From the human T2T-CHM13v2.0 reference genome, Homo sapiens, in assembly GCF_009914755.1 (NCBI RefSeq), contig NC_060947.1: a stretch of DNA of 64,000 bases; one strand, given 5' to 3'. The translations under genes and the position numbers were made by a program. This document shows, piece after piece, positions 31,631 to 44,184 of this stretch. Each line of letters begins with the position of its first letter. The stretch's first letter is position 1. Under the pieces are notes generated by a model. That model was not told where the DNA came from, ran no database searches, and saw nothing but the letters and a program-made list of their open reading frames with translations.

Positions 31631-32379
31631 CGAGTCTGTGGGAAGCCCTGGATGCCCCAATCCTCTTTCATTTTCTTCTCACCACGTAGGACAGTTTAGC
31701 TGGACAGTACACAGGACTCATTCAAGGGGTCATGAGAGGAGACCTCATAGCATAAGGGTCAAGTACAAGGACTTTGCAGTCAGACTGACGTGGGTTTCAG
31801 TCCCTACCCATCCTAGTGGTGTGACCGAGAGCAAGTTGGGCATAGTGACATCTGTCTTGATTGACTTTGGAGTTTGACAGGCAGTACATGCAAAGTTCTC
31901 TATTCCCATGTCACTCAGAGTGAGTGTGCAAAACATACTATTGTTGGCATCCATCGTCATAAGAGTCACTGTGAACATGGGTGAGCTTAGCACCTTGTGG
32001 CACGGGGCTGTGGTGAGGGACTCAGACAGCTTTATGATTGAGTTTGGGCCTCAGCGAGATGGCAAAGCTATGCTTCTCTTGCTCCTTGGACCATGGTGAC
32101 CTGTGAGGACCCCTGGGGGCTGCCTTCTCCACTGTTGCAGTTCAGGGAGCTAAGGCCAAAGGCTACTGCAGTGGTGGACTCTGGGGTCCCCCTGGTGACA
32201 AGGAAGGGACTTTGAGCTTTGGAATGCCCTGGGCTGAGTCTTGCCACCTGCAGGTTTGTGAACCTCATCATGCCTTGTTTTTAGCACAACAAAATGGGAT
32301 AATAGTGACTTTATTATTGATATACTATTATGCTGTTTTCAGGTATGTGACACTGCTGCTATTTTACTGTTTCTTCCAG

Positions 32380-32449
32380 ATTTCCGTGAGGGTGGAAGAA
32401 AATCATACCATATCAGATGCCTCGCAGAGCACCAGGCCCACCGTGAAAG
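32380..32449 (+). other. TBL1X: 70-nt internal exon, probably non-coding 5'UTR exon of TBL1X (gene identity from memory, unverified)
   Basis: Acceptor attttactgtttcttccag|A at 32379/80 and donor GAAAG|gtacag at 32449/50; unique purine-rich ESE-like sequence (GAAGAA) amid repeats; the 70-nt length fits my recollection of TBL1X exon 2. BLAT of 32380-32449 would settle it. Confidence 0.6.
32417..32446 (+). promoter_or_regulatory. Candidate uORF MPRRAPGPP* inside the exon
   Basis: ATG CCT CGC AGA GCA CCA GGC CCA CCG TGA read directly; weak Kozak context (C at -3, C at +4). Confidence 0.5.
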
Positions 32450-32594
32450 GTACAGCAAATTTTACTTCCCTCTTCTTGCCTCGTTGGAAATTCTTTCCTG
32501 TGAGATTTCCTCCCCTCCGCCCTCCGCGCCTTCTGCCATAGCCTATAGCCTCCTCTGGGAGTTCTTGGATAATTTTGTTGCCTTATACCTTTGC

Positions 32595-32870
32595 AATTTC
32601 CAGTATGGTAGCCATGCGCCACATGTGGCTGTGGAGTGCTTGAAATGTGGCCAGTCTAGATTGAGATGCCTTGTAGAAGTATAAAATACACACTGGATTT
32701 CAAAGACTTAGTTCAAAAAGAAAGAAAGCAAGGTATCTTATTGATAATGTAATACAGTTTACATGTTGAAATGATCACTTGGATACGTGGAGTAAAATAG
32801 AATGTATTATTAAATGTAACTTCACCTGTTTTCTTTTGACATTTTTTTGTGGACCCAGAAAATTGATAGA
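32595..32870. mobile_element. MER33 (hAT-Charlie)
   Basis: gtagcca..cacatgtggct..tgaaatgtggc..aaaatacacactggatttcaaagacttagt. Confidence 0.8.
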
Positions 32871-33344
32871 CAGGTGGATTTCCTTCACACTTACACACTT
32901 GTCTTGCTCAAGACCAGCCCTGCTTCCTCACTGGCTGCTCAGTCAAATGCCTCCTCCAGTTTAAGCTGTCCATCACGGGGCCACCCATTATGTGTCCATC
33001 TCATCTTCTCTGCTCAGTGCCTGTGCAGGCAGCTGGTGTTCCTGCTCCTCCCGCCCAGCTTTGCTTATGATGCTAGTCTTGAGTGCAGGCTGCTGAGCTT
33101 CTCACCTTTCTTCCCATACATGTAGAACCTCTCCTCCAGAAACATGGGGTACTTACCAGCTGGCAAAGAGCAGAGCTGGGGTTCACATTCATTTCTGTCT
33201 TGCTCCAAATCCATGTCCCTAATAGATTACTGTCTCCAATTGCTTTGTGGATGTAAACACATAGTAAGTTCCTAGAGAGCAGGGACCATTTTTATTTCTT
33301 TCATCTCTGCTGTTCAAGACCTTTCTAAAGCTTTTTTGAAAGAA

Positions 33345-33590
33345 TTAAGATTTCTAGTCTCTTGCCCTTCCACTTTCTGCTATGTGAAGACACAGTGTTC
33401 CTGCCCTCTGCCCTCTGGATGCTACAGCAACAAGGTGCCATGTTGGAAGGAAGCAGAGAACATCCCTCACCAAATAATCAATCCTGCTGGTGCCTTAATT
33501 GTGAACTTCTCAGCCTGCAGAACTCACGAAGGTCATCACCATGTAGGCTGATTGATCTTGGACTTCCAAGCCTCCAGAACTCAAATCAGT
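33345..33590 (+). mobile_element. MST/MLT1-type MaLR LTR fragment
   Basis: gctatgtgaagacacag..cagcaacaaggtgccatgttggaag..ttgatcttggacttccaagcctccagaact. Confidence 0.65.
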
Positions 33591-34939
33591 GAATTTAAAA
33601 ACATTTTATGGAGGGCGGGGCCAAGATGGCCAACTAGAAGCCACGGTGTTGGGAGGCTGCTATCAGAAAAGACCATAATAAGCGTGTGAATCCTTCATCA
33701 GCAACCAAGGTATCTGGGTTCTCTCATCAAAATTGACTAGAAGGCTGGCGTGACCCACAGAGAGAAGGAAGAACAGTGTGGTGTGGCGGCCCACCTGAGA
33801 GTCACATGGGGAAGGGAACCCCCTCACTCCAGATAAGGCAGGCGGTGAGTGAGCACGCTACCCAGCCGGGGAAACTGCTTTTCCACAGAACTGTGAAACC
33901 CACGGATTGGAAGATCTCACTCGTGAACCCACGCCACCAGGGCCTCGTGTCCCAGCCCCAGAACACACAGATTCTTACAGCCTCTCAGCTGGAATCTGCT
34001 TAAGCTTACCAAACTCCTCGGGGAGGGGTGACCAGTACCAGCTGCAGCTGCCTGCTGTCTAAGCCCTTTGAACTCCTGCAGGGAGGGGCAGCAGCCAGCA
34101 CTGGCAACTGCCTAACATGCTAAGCTCCCTGGACAGGGGGAAGGGTGGCACCCATTTCTGTAGCTACAGGCTACGCTTTTCCCCTGCTAGAGCCAGGGAG
34201 GCTGGACAGCTTGGTCCCAAGACTTGTCCCCACAGCCCAACACACTGGCTGTGGCAGTCTGCGGCTAGAGTGCCTCTTCAGGCCCAATCCCAACCCATCC
34301 TTTCTTAGTTGGGGTGTGTGTGGGGCGGGGCGCTTCCCTGCTGGATCTCCAATAACTCCAGCCAGAGGCTAAGGGACAGAATTTGGATCTCCTGGGCCTC
34401 AGCCCATAGGGGAGGGGTGGCCGCAGTCTCTGCTGACCAGCAGATTTAGCTTTTCCTCCTGGTAGTTCCAAGGAATCTGGACAGCCCAGATGAGTGGGTT
34501 TCCCCCAAGCAAAACACACCCTCTCCACCAAGGGACAGAGTGCTCCATTAAACGGGTCCTGCTCCCTGTGCCACCCAACTGGGTGAGACCCTTCAACAGG
34601 GCTTGTCAGATACCCTCTGCAGGAGTGATCCTACTGGCATCAGGTTGGTGCCCCTTGAGGTCAGAGGTCCCAGAAGAAGGAGTAGGCACCCATCTTTGCT
34701 GCTCTCCAGCATCCTTAATGACATCTCCAGGCATGGGAGCGAATCAGATGAATAAGGCCTGAAGGTGAACCACCAGCAAACTGCAGCAGCCCTACAGAAG
34801 AGGGACTGGACTACTGAAAGAAAAACAAGCAGAAAGTGACAACAACAGCATCAACAACAACAATCAAATAAAAGGTCCCCACAAAAATCTCATCCAAGGG
34901 TAGCAGCCTCAAAGACTGAAACTAGACAAACTCATGAAG

Positions 34940-35954
34940 ATGAGAAAGAATGAAAAAATGCTGAAAACCCAAAAGGCCAGAGTACCTCTTCTCCTCCAAA
35001 TGATTACAACATCTCTCCATCAAGGGCACAGAACTGGACGGAGGATCAGATGGATGAATTGACAGAAGTAGGCTTCAGAAGATGGGTTATAAAAAACTAC
35101 AATGAGCTAAAGGAGCATGTTCTAACCTAATTCAAAGAAGCTAAGAACCTTGATAAAAGGTTAGAGGAATTGCTAACTAGAATAACCAGTTTAGAGAGGA
35201 ACATAAGCAACCTGATGGAGCTGAAAAACACAGCACGAGAACTTTGTGAAGCACACACAAGTATCGTGAAGCATAAACAAGTATCAACAGCTGAATCGAC
35301 CAAGTAGGAGAAAGGATATCAGAGTTTGAAGACCACCTTACTGAAATAAGACATGCAGACAAGAATAGAGAAAAAAGAATGAACAAAGCCTACCAGAAAT
35401 ATGGGACCTCATAAAAAGACTGAACCTACGATTGAGTGGAGTACCAGAAGGAGGTGGGGAGAATGGAAACAAGCTGGAAAACACACTTCAGGGTATTATC
35501 CAGGAGAACTTCCCCAAACTACCAAGACAGGCCAACCTGCAAATTCAGGAAATACTGGGAACACCATTAAGATACTCTATGAGACGATCAACCCCAAGAC
35601 ACATAATCATCAGATTTTCCAAGGTCGAAATGAAGGATAAAACTAAGGGCAGCCAGAGAGAAAGGCTAGGTCACCTACAAAGGGAAGCCCATCAGACTGA
35701 CAATGGACTTCTCAGCAGAAACTCTACAAGCCAGAAGAGATTGGGGGCCAATATTCAACATTCTTAAAGGAAAGAATTTTCAACCCAGAATTTTATATCT
35801 AGCCAAACTAAGCTTTCTATAAAATCCTTTCCAGACAAGCAAATGCTGAGGGATTTTGTTACCACTAGGCCTGCCCTGCAATGTCTCCTGAAAGAAGCAC
35901 TAAATATGGTAAGGAAAAACTGGTACTAGCCACTGCAAAAACACATGAAAATAG
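34940..35954 (+). pseudogene. L1 ORF1 remnant (stops and frameshifts)
   Basis: Fragment GVPEGGGENGNKLENTLQGIIQENFP..TPRHIIIRFSKVEMK; 20-bp tandem duplication at 35246-35285. Confidence 0.88.
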
Positions 35955-36019
35955 AAAGACCAATGACACTACAAAGAAACTGCATCAACTAATGTACAAA
36001 ATAACCAAATAGCATCATG

Positions 36020-39000
36020 ATGACAGGATCAAATTCACACATAACAATATTAACCTTAAATGTAAATGGGCTAAATGCCCCAATTAAAAGACACAGACTA
36101 GCAAATTGGATAAGGAGTCAAGACTCATTGGTGTGCTGTATTCAGGAGACCCATCTTACATGCAAAGACACACACAGGCTCAAAATAAAGGGATGGAGGA
36201 AAATTTACCAAGCAAATGGAAAGCAAAGAAAAAAAGCAGGAGTTGCAATCCTAGTCTCTGACAAAACAGACTTTAAACCAACAAAAATAAAAACAGACAA
36301 AGAAGGGCATTACATAATGGTAAAGGGAACAATTCAACAAGAAGAACTAACTATTCTAAATGTATATATATGCACCCAATACAGGAGCACCCAGATTCAT
36401 AAAATAAGTTCTTAGAGACCTGCAAAGAGACTTAGACTCCCACACAATAATAGGGGGAGACTTTAACACCCCACTGTCAGTATTAGGTCAGTGAGACAGA
36501 AAATTAACAAGGATATTCAGGACTCGAACTCAGATCTGGATCAAGTGGACTTAGTAGAAGTCTACAGAACTCTCTACCCCAAATCAACAGAATATACATT
36601 CTTCTCAGTGCCACATGGCACTTATTCTAAAATCAACCACACAATTGGAAGTAAAACACTCCTCAGCAAATGGAAAAGAACTGAAATCATGACAGACAGT
36701 CTCTCAGACCACAGTGCAATCACATTAGAACTCAGGATTAAGAAACTCATTCAAAACCACATAATTTCGTGGAAATTGAACAACTTGCTCCTGGATGACT
36801 CCTGGGTAAATAATGACATTAAGGCAGAAATCTAGTATTTCTTTGAAACCAATGAGAACAAAGAGATAATGTACCAGAATTTCTGGGACACAGCTAAAGC
36901 AGTGTTAATAGGGAAATTTTGCACTAAATGCCCACATCAGAAAGCTAAAAAGATCTCAAATCAGCACCCTAACATCACAATTAAAAGAGCTAGAGAGGCA
37001 AGAGCAAACTAATCCAAAAGCTGGCGGAAGGTAAGAAATAACTAATATCAGAGAAGAATCGAAGGCGATAGAGACGCAAAAAAGCCCTCCAAAAAATCAT
37101 TGAATCCAGGAGCTGGTTTTTTGAAAAAATTAACAAAATAGATAGACTGCTAGCTAGACTAATAGAGAAGAATCAAATAGACAATAAAAAATGATAAAGG
37201 GGATATTACCACTGACCCTACAGAAATACAAACTACTATCAGAGAATACTATAAACACCTCTATGCAAATAAATTAGAAAATCTAGAAGAAATGAATAAA
37301 TTCCTGCACGCATACACCCTACCAAGACTAAACCAGGAAGAAGTTGAATCTCTGAATAGACCAATAAGCTCTGAAATTGAGGCAGTAATTAATAGCCTAG
37401 CAACCAAAAAAAGCCCAGGACCAAATGGATTCACAGCTGAATTCTACCAGAAATACAGAGGAGCTGGTACCACTCCTTCAGAAATTATTCCAAACATTTG
37501 AAAAGGAAGGACTCCTCCCTAACTCATTTTATGAAGCCAGCATCATCCCAATACCAAAACCTGGAAGAGACACAGCCAATATCATACTAAATGGGCAAAA
37601 GCTGGAAGCATTCCCTTTGAAAACTGGTACAAAACAAGGATGCCCTCTCTCACCACTCCTATTCAACATAGTATTGGAAGTTCTGGCCAGGGCAGTCAGG
37701 CAAGAGAAAGAAAGAAAGGGTATTCAAATAGGAAGAGAGGAAGTCAAGTTGTCTCTGTTTGCAGATGATGTGATTTTGTATTTAGAAAACCCTATCATCT
37801 CAGCCCAAAAACTTCTTGAACTGACAAGCAGCTTCAGTGAAGTCTCAGGATACAAAATCAATGTGCAAAAATCACAAGCATTCCTTTACACCAACAGTAG
37901 GCAGGCAGAGAGACAAATCATGAGTGAACTCCCATAGACAATTGCCACAAAGAGAATAAAATACCTAGGAATACAAGTAACAAGGGATGTGAAGGACCTC
38001 TTCAAGGATAACTACAAATCACTGCTCAAGGAAATAAGAGAGGACACAAACAAATGGAAAAACATTCCATGCTCATGGATAGGAAGAATCAGTATCATGA
38101 AAAGGGCCATATTGCCCAAAGTACTTTATACATTCAATGTTGTTCCTGTCAAACTACCATTGACATTCTTCACAGAATTAGGAAAACCTATTTTAAATTT
38201 CATATGGAATCAAAGAAGATCCCACGTAGCCAAGACAATCCTAAGCAAAAAGAACAAAGCTGGAGGCATCATGCTACCTGACTTCAAACTATACTACAAG
38301 GTTACATTAACAAAAACAGCATGGTATGGGTACCAAAACAGACATATAGACCAGTGGACCAGAACAGAGACCTCAGAAATAACACCATACATCTGTAACC
38401 ATCTGATCTTCGACAAATCTGCCGAAAACAAGCAATGGGGAAAGGATCTCCTTATTCAGTAAATGGTGCTGGGAAAACTGGCTAGCCATATGCTGAAAAC
38501 TGAAACTGGACCCCTTCCTTACACCTTATACAAAAATTAATTCAAGATAGATTAAAGACTTAAATGTAAAACCCAAAACCATAAAAACCCTAGAAGATAA
38601 CCTAAGCAATACCATTCATGACATAGGCATGGGCTAAGAGTTCATGACTAAAACACCAAAAGCAATTGCAACAAAAGCCAAAATTGACAAATGGGATCTA
38701 ATTCAACTAAAGAGCTTCTGCTCAGTAAAAGAAACTATGATCAGAGTGAACAGGCAACCTACAGAGTGGGAGAAAACTTCTGCAATCTACCCATCTGACA
38801 AAGGTCTAATATCCAGAATTTGCAAGGAACTTAAACATATTTACAAGAAAAAAACAACCCCATCAAAAAGTGGGCAAAGGATATGAACAGACACTTCTCA
38901 AAAGAAGACATTTACACAGCCAACAAGCATGGTAAAAAGCTCAACATCACTGATCATCAGAGAAATGCAAATCAAAACCTCAATGAGATACCATCTCATG

Positions 39001-39480
39001 CCAGTCAGATGGTGATTATTGAAAGGTCAGAAAACAATAGTTGCTGGCAAGGCTGTGGGGAAATAGGAATGCTTTTACACTGTTGGTGGGAATGTAAATT
39101 AGTTCAACCATTGTGGAAGACAGTATGGCGATTCCTCAAGGATCTAGAACCAGAAATACCATTTGACCCAGTAATCCCATTTCTGGATATATACCCAAAG
39201 TAATGTAAATCATTCTGCTATAAAGATGCATGCACGTGTATGTTTCTTATAGCACTATTTACAATAGCAAAGACATGGAACCAACCCAAATGGCCATCAG
39301 TGATAGACTGGATAAAGAAAATGTGGCACATATACATCATGGAATACTATGCAGCCATAAAAAGGAATGAGATCATGTCCTTTGCAGGGACATGGATGAA
39401 GCTGGAAGCCATCATCCTCAGCAAACTAGCACAGAAACAAAACCAAACACCGCATATTCTCACTCATAAGGGGGAGTTGA
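36020..39480 (+). pseudogene. L1 ORF2 remnant (endonuclease, RT, C-terminal domain), disrupted
   Basis: MTGSNSHITILTLNVNGLN (EN), [19 protein letters not shown] and LFADD (RT), HCWWECKLVQPLWK; many stops plus an internal deletion. Confidence 0.93.
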
Positions 39481-39705
39481 ACATTGAGAACACATAGACA
39501 CAGAGAGGGGAACAACACACACCAGGGCCTGTTGGGGAGTGGGGATGAGGGGAGGGAACTATGAGGGTCAGTAGGGATGGTGCTACTAATTAGGTAGTAG
39601 GGTGCTGCAGCAAACCACCATGACACACATACACCTGTATAACTAACCTGCACGTTCTGCGCATGTATCCTGTTTTTTTTGTTTTTTTTTGTTTTTTTAG
39701 AAAAA

Positions 39706-39984
39706 GCCGGGTGCGGTGGCTCACACCTGTAATCCCAGCACTTTGGGAGGCCAAGGCGGACGGATCACAAGGTCAGGAGATCGAAATCATCCTGGCTAAC
39801 ATGGTGAAACACCGTCTCTACTAAAAAAAAATACAAAAAATTAGCCGGGCGTGGTGGCGGGCACCTGTAGTCCCAGCTACTCGGGAGGCTGAGGCAGGAG
39901 AATGGCATGAACCCGGGAGGTGGAGGTTGCAGTGAGCTGAGGCGACAAAGCGAGACTCTGTCTCAAAAAAAAAAAAAAAAAAAA
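39706..39984 (+). mobile_element. AluY-like in the L1 tail, with ~25-30 bp right-arm deletion
   Basis: gagatcga..ctggctaac and gaatggcatgaacc; gagctgag|gcgac junction. Confidence 0.88.
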
Positions 39985-40081
39985 GATTTCTAGTACATTG
40001 CCTAAAAGAACCCTTGGATGAAGTCAGACACATGGGTAGTATGAGACCCCAGATAGCATCATTTTGTATGTACAGAATCGC

Positions 40082-40386
40082 TTTTTTTTTTTTTTTTTTT
40101 TTTTGAGTCAGGTTCTCACTCTGTCACCCAGGCTGGAGTGTTAGTTATGTGGTCATGGCTCACTGGAGCCTTGATCTCCTGGGCTCAAGTGATCCTCTTG
40201 CCTCAACCTCCCAAGTAGCTGGGATTACAGGCACACGCCACCATGCCTGGGTAATTTTTGTATTTTTTGTAGAGATGGGGTTTTACCATGTTGCCCAGGC
40301 TGGTCTCGAACTCCTGGGCTCACGAGATCAGCCCACCTCGGCCTTTCAAAATGCTAGGTTTACAGGTATGAGCCACTGTGCCTGGT
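40082..40386 (-). mobile_element. AluJ
   Basis: T23 tail and reverse dimer. Confidence 0.88.
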
Positions 40387-40694
40387 CTAGAATTGCTTTT
40401 AGTGGATGATTTTTTGCTGTCACTGTTAATGGCGTGCATTTTCTGAGTTATCAGAGATGGCCCTGCATGCTGCGAGTCTGTGTTGACTGTACTGTTGGCT
40501 GTGTGTGTGGAGGGCAGGAAAGTGCCGTCCTTGCTGTAACTTGTGTTATTAATGATATGGACACTGTGAGTTGCTTCTAGAGAGCTACACCTCACTTCTG
40601 TGTCAGCAAATGAAGGCCCAGGAACTGACAGCGTTCCCTCTAGCTTTAATTGCGGTATAATCACCACACCCTAACATTCTCCTGTTTTACCTTT

Positions 40695-40857
40695 GGCAAC
40701 ATCTAGAGTTTGGTTGTCACAGCTGATGGGGTGGGGGTGCTATGGCATTGGGTGGGTAGAGGCCAAGGATGCTGCTGGGCATCCTACACTGCCCAGGACA
40801 GCCCCCCACAAATTATCCAGCCCTAAATGTCTACAGTGCCACAGGTAAGAAATCCTG
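40695..40857 (+). mobile_element. MER20 (5'-degraded)
   Basis: tttggttgtcacag..gggtagaggccaaggatgctgct..catcctacac..caggacagcccccc. Confidence 0.8.
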
Positions 40858-41094
40858 GACCGTAGGGTAGACAGATTTGACTGGAGTGGAGAAATTGTAT
40901 CCTGGGGTAAGTGGGATTTGGATTGCAGTTAGTGCAGAGCTTGTGTGTGTGGAACGCCTTGGACACTGGACTAATCCAAGAAGTTGGGTGGGGAGGAGGG
41001 GGGCTTTTTCTTTAGGTCCTGGAAACCATTAAAAACCTTTGAACAGGTGCTTTAGAAAGACAAAACTGGCATCTGTCTGAAGGATGGATTACAA

Positions 41095-41722
41095 CAGGCA
41101 CCAGCAGACTGTGGCCCACTTGGCACACAACCATGCCCATTCATTCATGGGTTGTCTCTGGCTGCTGTGATGGTTAACTTTATGTGTCATCTTGGCTAGG
41201 CCATAGTATTCAGATATTTGGTCAGGTACTTAGGAATGTTGTTGTGAAGGTATTTTTTAGATGAAATAAACACATCAGTAGACTTTGAGTAAGGCAGATG
41301 ACTTCCATAATGTGGGTGGACCTCATCCAATCAGTTGAAGGCCTTAAGAAAAAGACTGAGGTCCGCCAAAGAGGAGGGAATTCTACCAGTATCCTGCCTT
41401 TGGATTTGAGACTGTGACATCTGCGCTTTCCTGGGTCTCTGGCCTGCTCTGGAAAGTTTGGGCTTGCCGGCCTCCACAATTGTGTGAACCAGTTCCTTAG
41501 AATCTGTCCATCTGTCCGTCCATCCATCCATCCATCCATCCACGCACGCACACATAAACAAACCCTATTGGCACTGTTTCTCTGGACAGCCCTGACTAAC
41601 ATCACTGCTTTCTTGCCACAGCAGCCAAGTTGAATACGTGCTTGTAAGTACAGGGATTGTGTGGCCCACAAAGTAGAAAATATTTACTCTCTGGCCCTTT
41701 ACAGAAAAAAGGCCAAGCATTG
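41095..41722. mobile_element. MER58A split by an MLT2 LTR
   Basis: ccatgcccattcattc..ggctgc resumes as ctgctttc..aaaatatttactctctggccctttacagaaaaa. Confidence 0.7.
41166..41604 (+). mobile_element. MLT2 (C/D-like) ERVL solo LTR with internal (CCAT)n
   Basis: tgtgatggttaactttatgtgtca..ctcatccaatcagttgaaggcctt..ccctgactaa; ctgc duplicated at the flanks. Confidence 0.88.
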
Positions 41723-42449
41723 GATTTGGTAAGTGAAGTCCTTCCATGAAACTGAGAAGTGCTGAGTCAGTACTCAATGGGAGTTAAAACAGAGAAACTG
41801 TAAAAGCCAAGAGGGCTCAGGATGGTGATAATCACGGTCTTTCATTCTTTTCTCCTGTGCACATTTGACCCGCTGGCATGCAGGAGATTTAATCTCTCTA
41901 ATCCAGAATGTGTTTTAGGGAATGGCTTGCCTGGCTTGTGGGTTGAAATGTTCTCTCCTCAGATTGGCTCCTGCAATATCAGCTCACCTGATGACAAGAA
42001 GTGGAAGCCATGTAACCACCTGAGACGCAAGTTAATTAGGGTTTATCAGAAAGACAACCTGAACCCCTGTGGGATGTGCTGTGGGTGAAGAAAAGATACC
42101 AGTATTCTGTGATTCCAAATAGGAGATTTTAAAAATTCTACCCCTGGAGGATGGGTTGGCATTTGTCTTCCAAACATAGGTTAAATACGTTTTATTTCTG
42201 TCTGTTTTGTACACATTTTAATCATTTTCCAGCTCACAATTACAGTTGGTACTTCTCAATTCTCAGTGAATTGTGTAGTGGAATTGTTTGCAACATCATA
42301 CTTTGGAAATGACGTTGGCAATTAAAGTTTTGGTCCAAGTTTAATAATGAAGACTATTTGAAAGGCCAAAACCGATGGATGCTTTTGAGATGAAATAGTC
42401 ATTTGGGAAGAAAATGAGGGCAGGTTGTCTACTTCTTAACATTTATCTG

Positions 42450-42766
<317 letters not shown>

Positions 42767-42875
42767 TTAACATTGATCTTGATGACACTGAAATCGTTGA
42801 TGTGTGCCAAGGGGGTTCCTTTTTCTAAATGGAAGCTCACTGTTTTGGGTATCCATGAATTCATCATAGATATGA

Positions 42876-43387
<512 letters not shown>

Positions 43388-44184
43388 TAAGTCTTTTGAA
43401 ACACAGACACCTAGTGCCTTTCCCGTGAGTCTTTCAGGGAAAGATTGAGTTCCGTGTCAGGTTGGAGTTGCTGATCAAGCGACTGACTATACGGCTTCCT
43501 AGCCCCCTTTATTTGAAAAACCAGCGTGGTCTTCACTTTTCCCTTGAGCCTACAACCACAGGGTGCCTGTTCATGTATTTCCAGGACCTTATGCGGCTCC
43601 TTTGCTCTGCTTATTCCGAGAACCAAGCCTTGGGACTGTGCATTTTGAATACAAATGAAGGCACCCGGAGGAAGCCCCCAGAGTCTCGGCACAGTTGAGG
43701 AAACAAACAAAGCATGCTACACGTGCAGGAAGATCCCTCTTTAATTCCTATGATGACCTCTCTGCTTTTTTATTTTTTAAGTTAAAAGGAGTCAATGCTT
43801 TGGGTTTTGTTAGACTGGACAAGGTAGCAAGTCATATTAAACTAACCCAGGTTGTTGCTTGAGTTTTCACTGAACTTAGACTCTACTGACGAGTATAGTC
43901 AAGCAGAAATTCCCCTCACGAGGTGGCCTGATGGTGTACTCCAGTGGGGGGGTGCAGAAGATTTGGAGGGATCTGCTTCCCGACTGGGGCAGGTTAACCT
44001 CTTTCTGCCTTAGTTACCTCTTTGCATGTCCTAAGAGCACCTGCTTATCAGATCCTTAGGAGGATTCACTGAATTCGTCCACTTGGAATCCACATGGAAG
44101 GCTGCCTGGCATGTAGGAGGTACCCAGTAAATTTTAGACTCCTGTTATTTTTGCCAGTTGGATTCAACAGATGTTTGTTCCCTG

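Larger units (their letters stand above)
33610..39700 (+). mobile_element. Near full-length LINE-1, L1PA12-like, inactive
   Basis: 5'UTR start ggccaagatggccaactagaagc (YY1 site); ORF1 and ORF2 remnants; 3' end gcagcaaaccaccatg..gtatcctg(T)n ag, as I recall for L1PA12. Confidence 0.93.

Noticed and set aside
36017-39497. L1 ORF2 fragments as functional proteins
   Set aside because: Multiple stops and frameshifts plus deletion of part of the RT; not retrotransposition-competent
39671-39698. T-run at the L1 3' end as an inversion or twin-priming product
   Set aside because: A T-run before the tail is, as I recall, a normal L1PA12 3'-end feature
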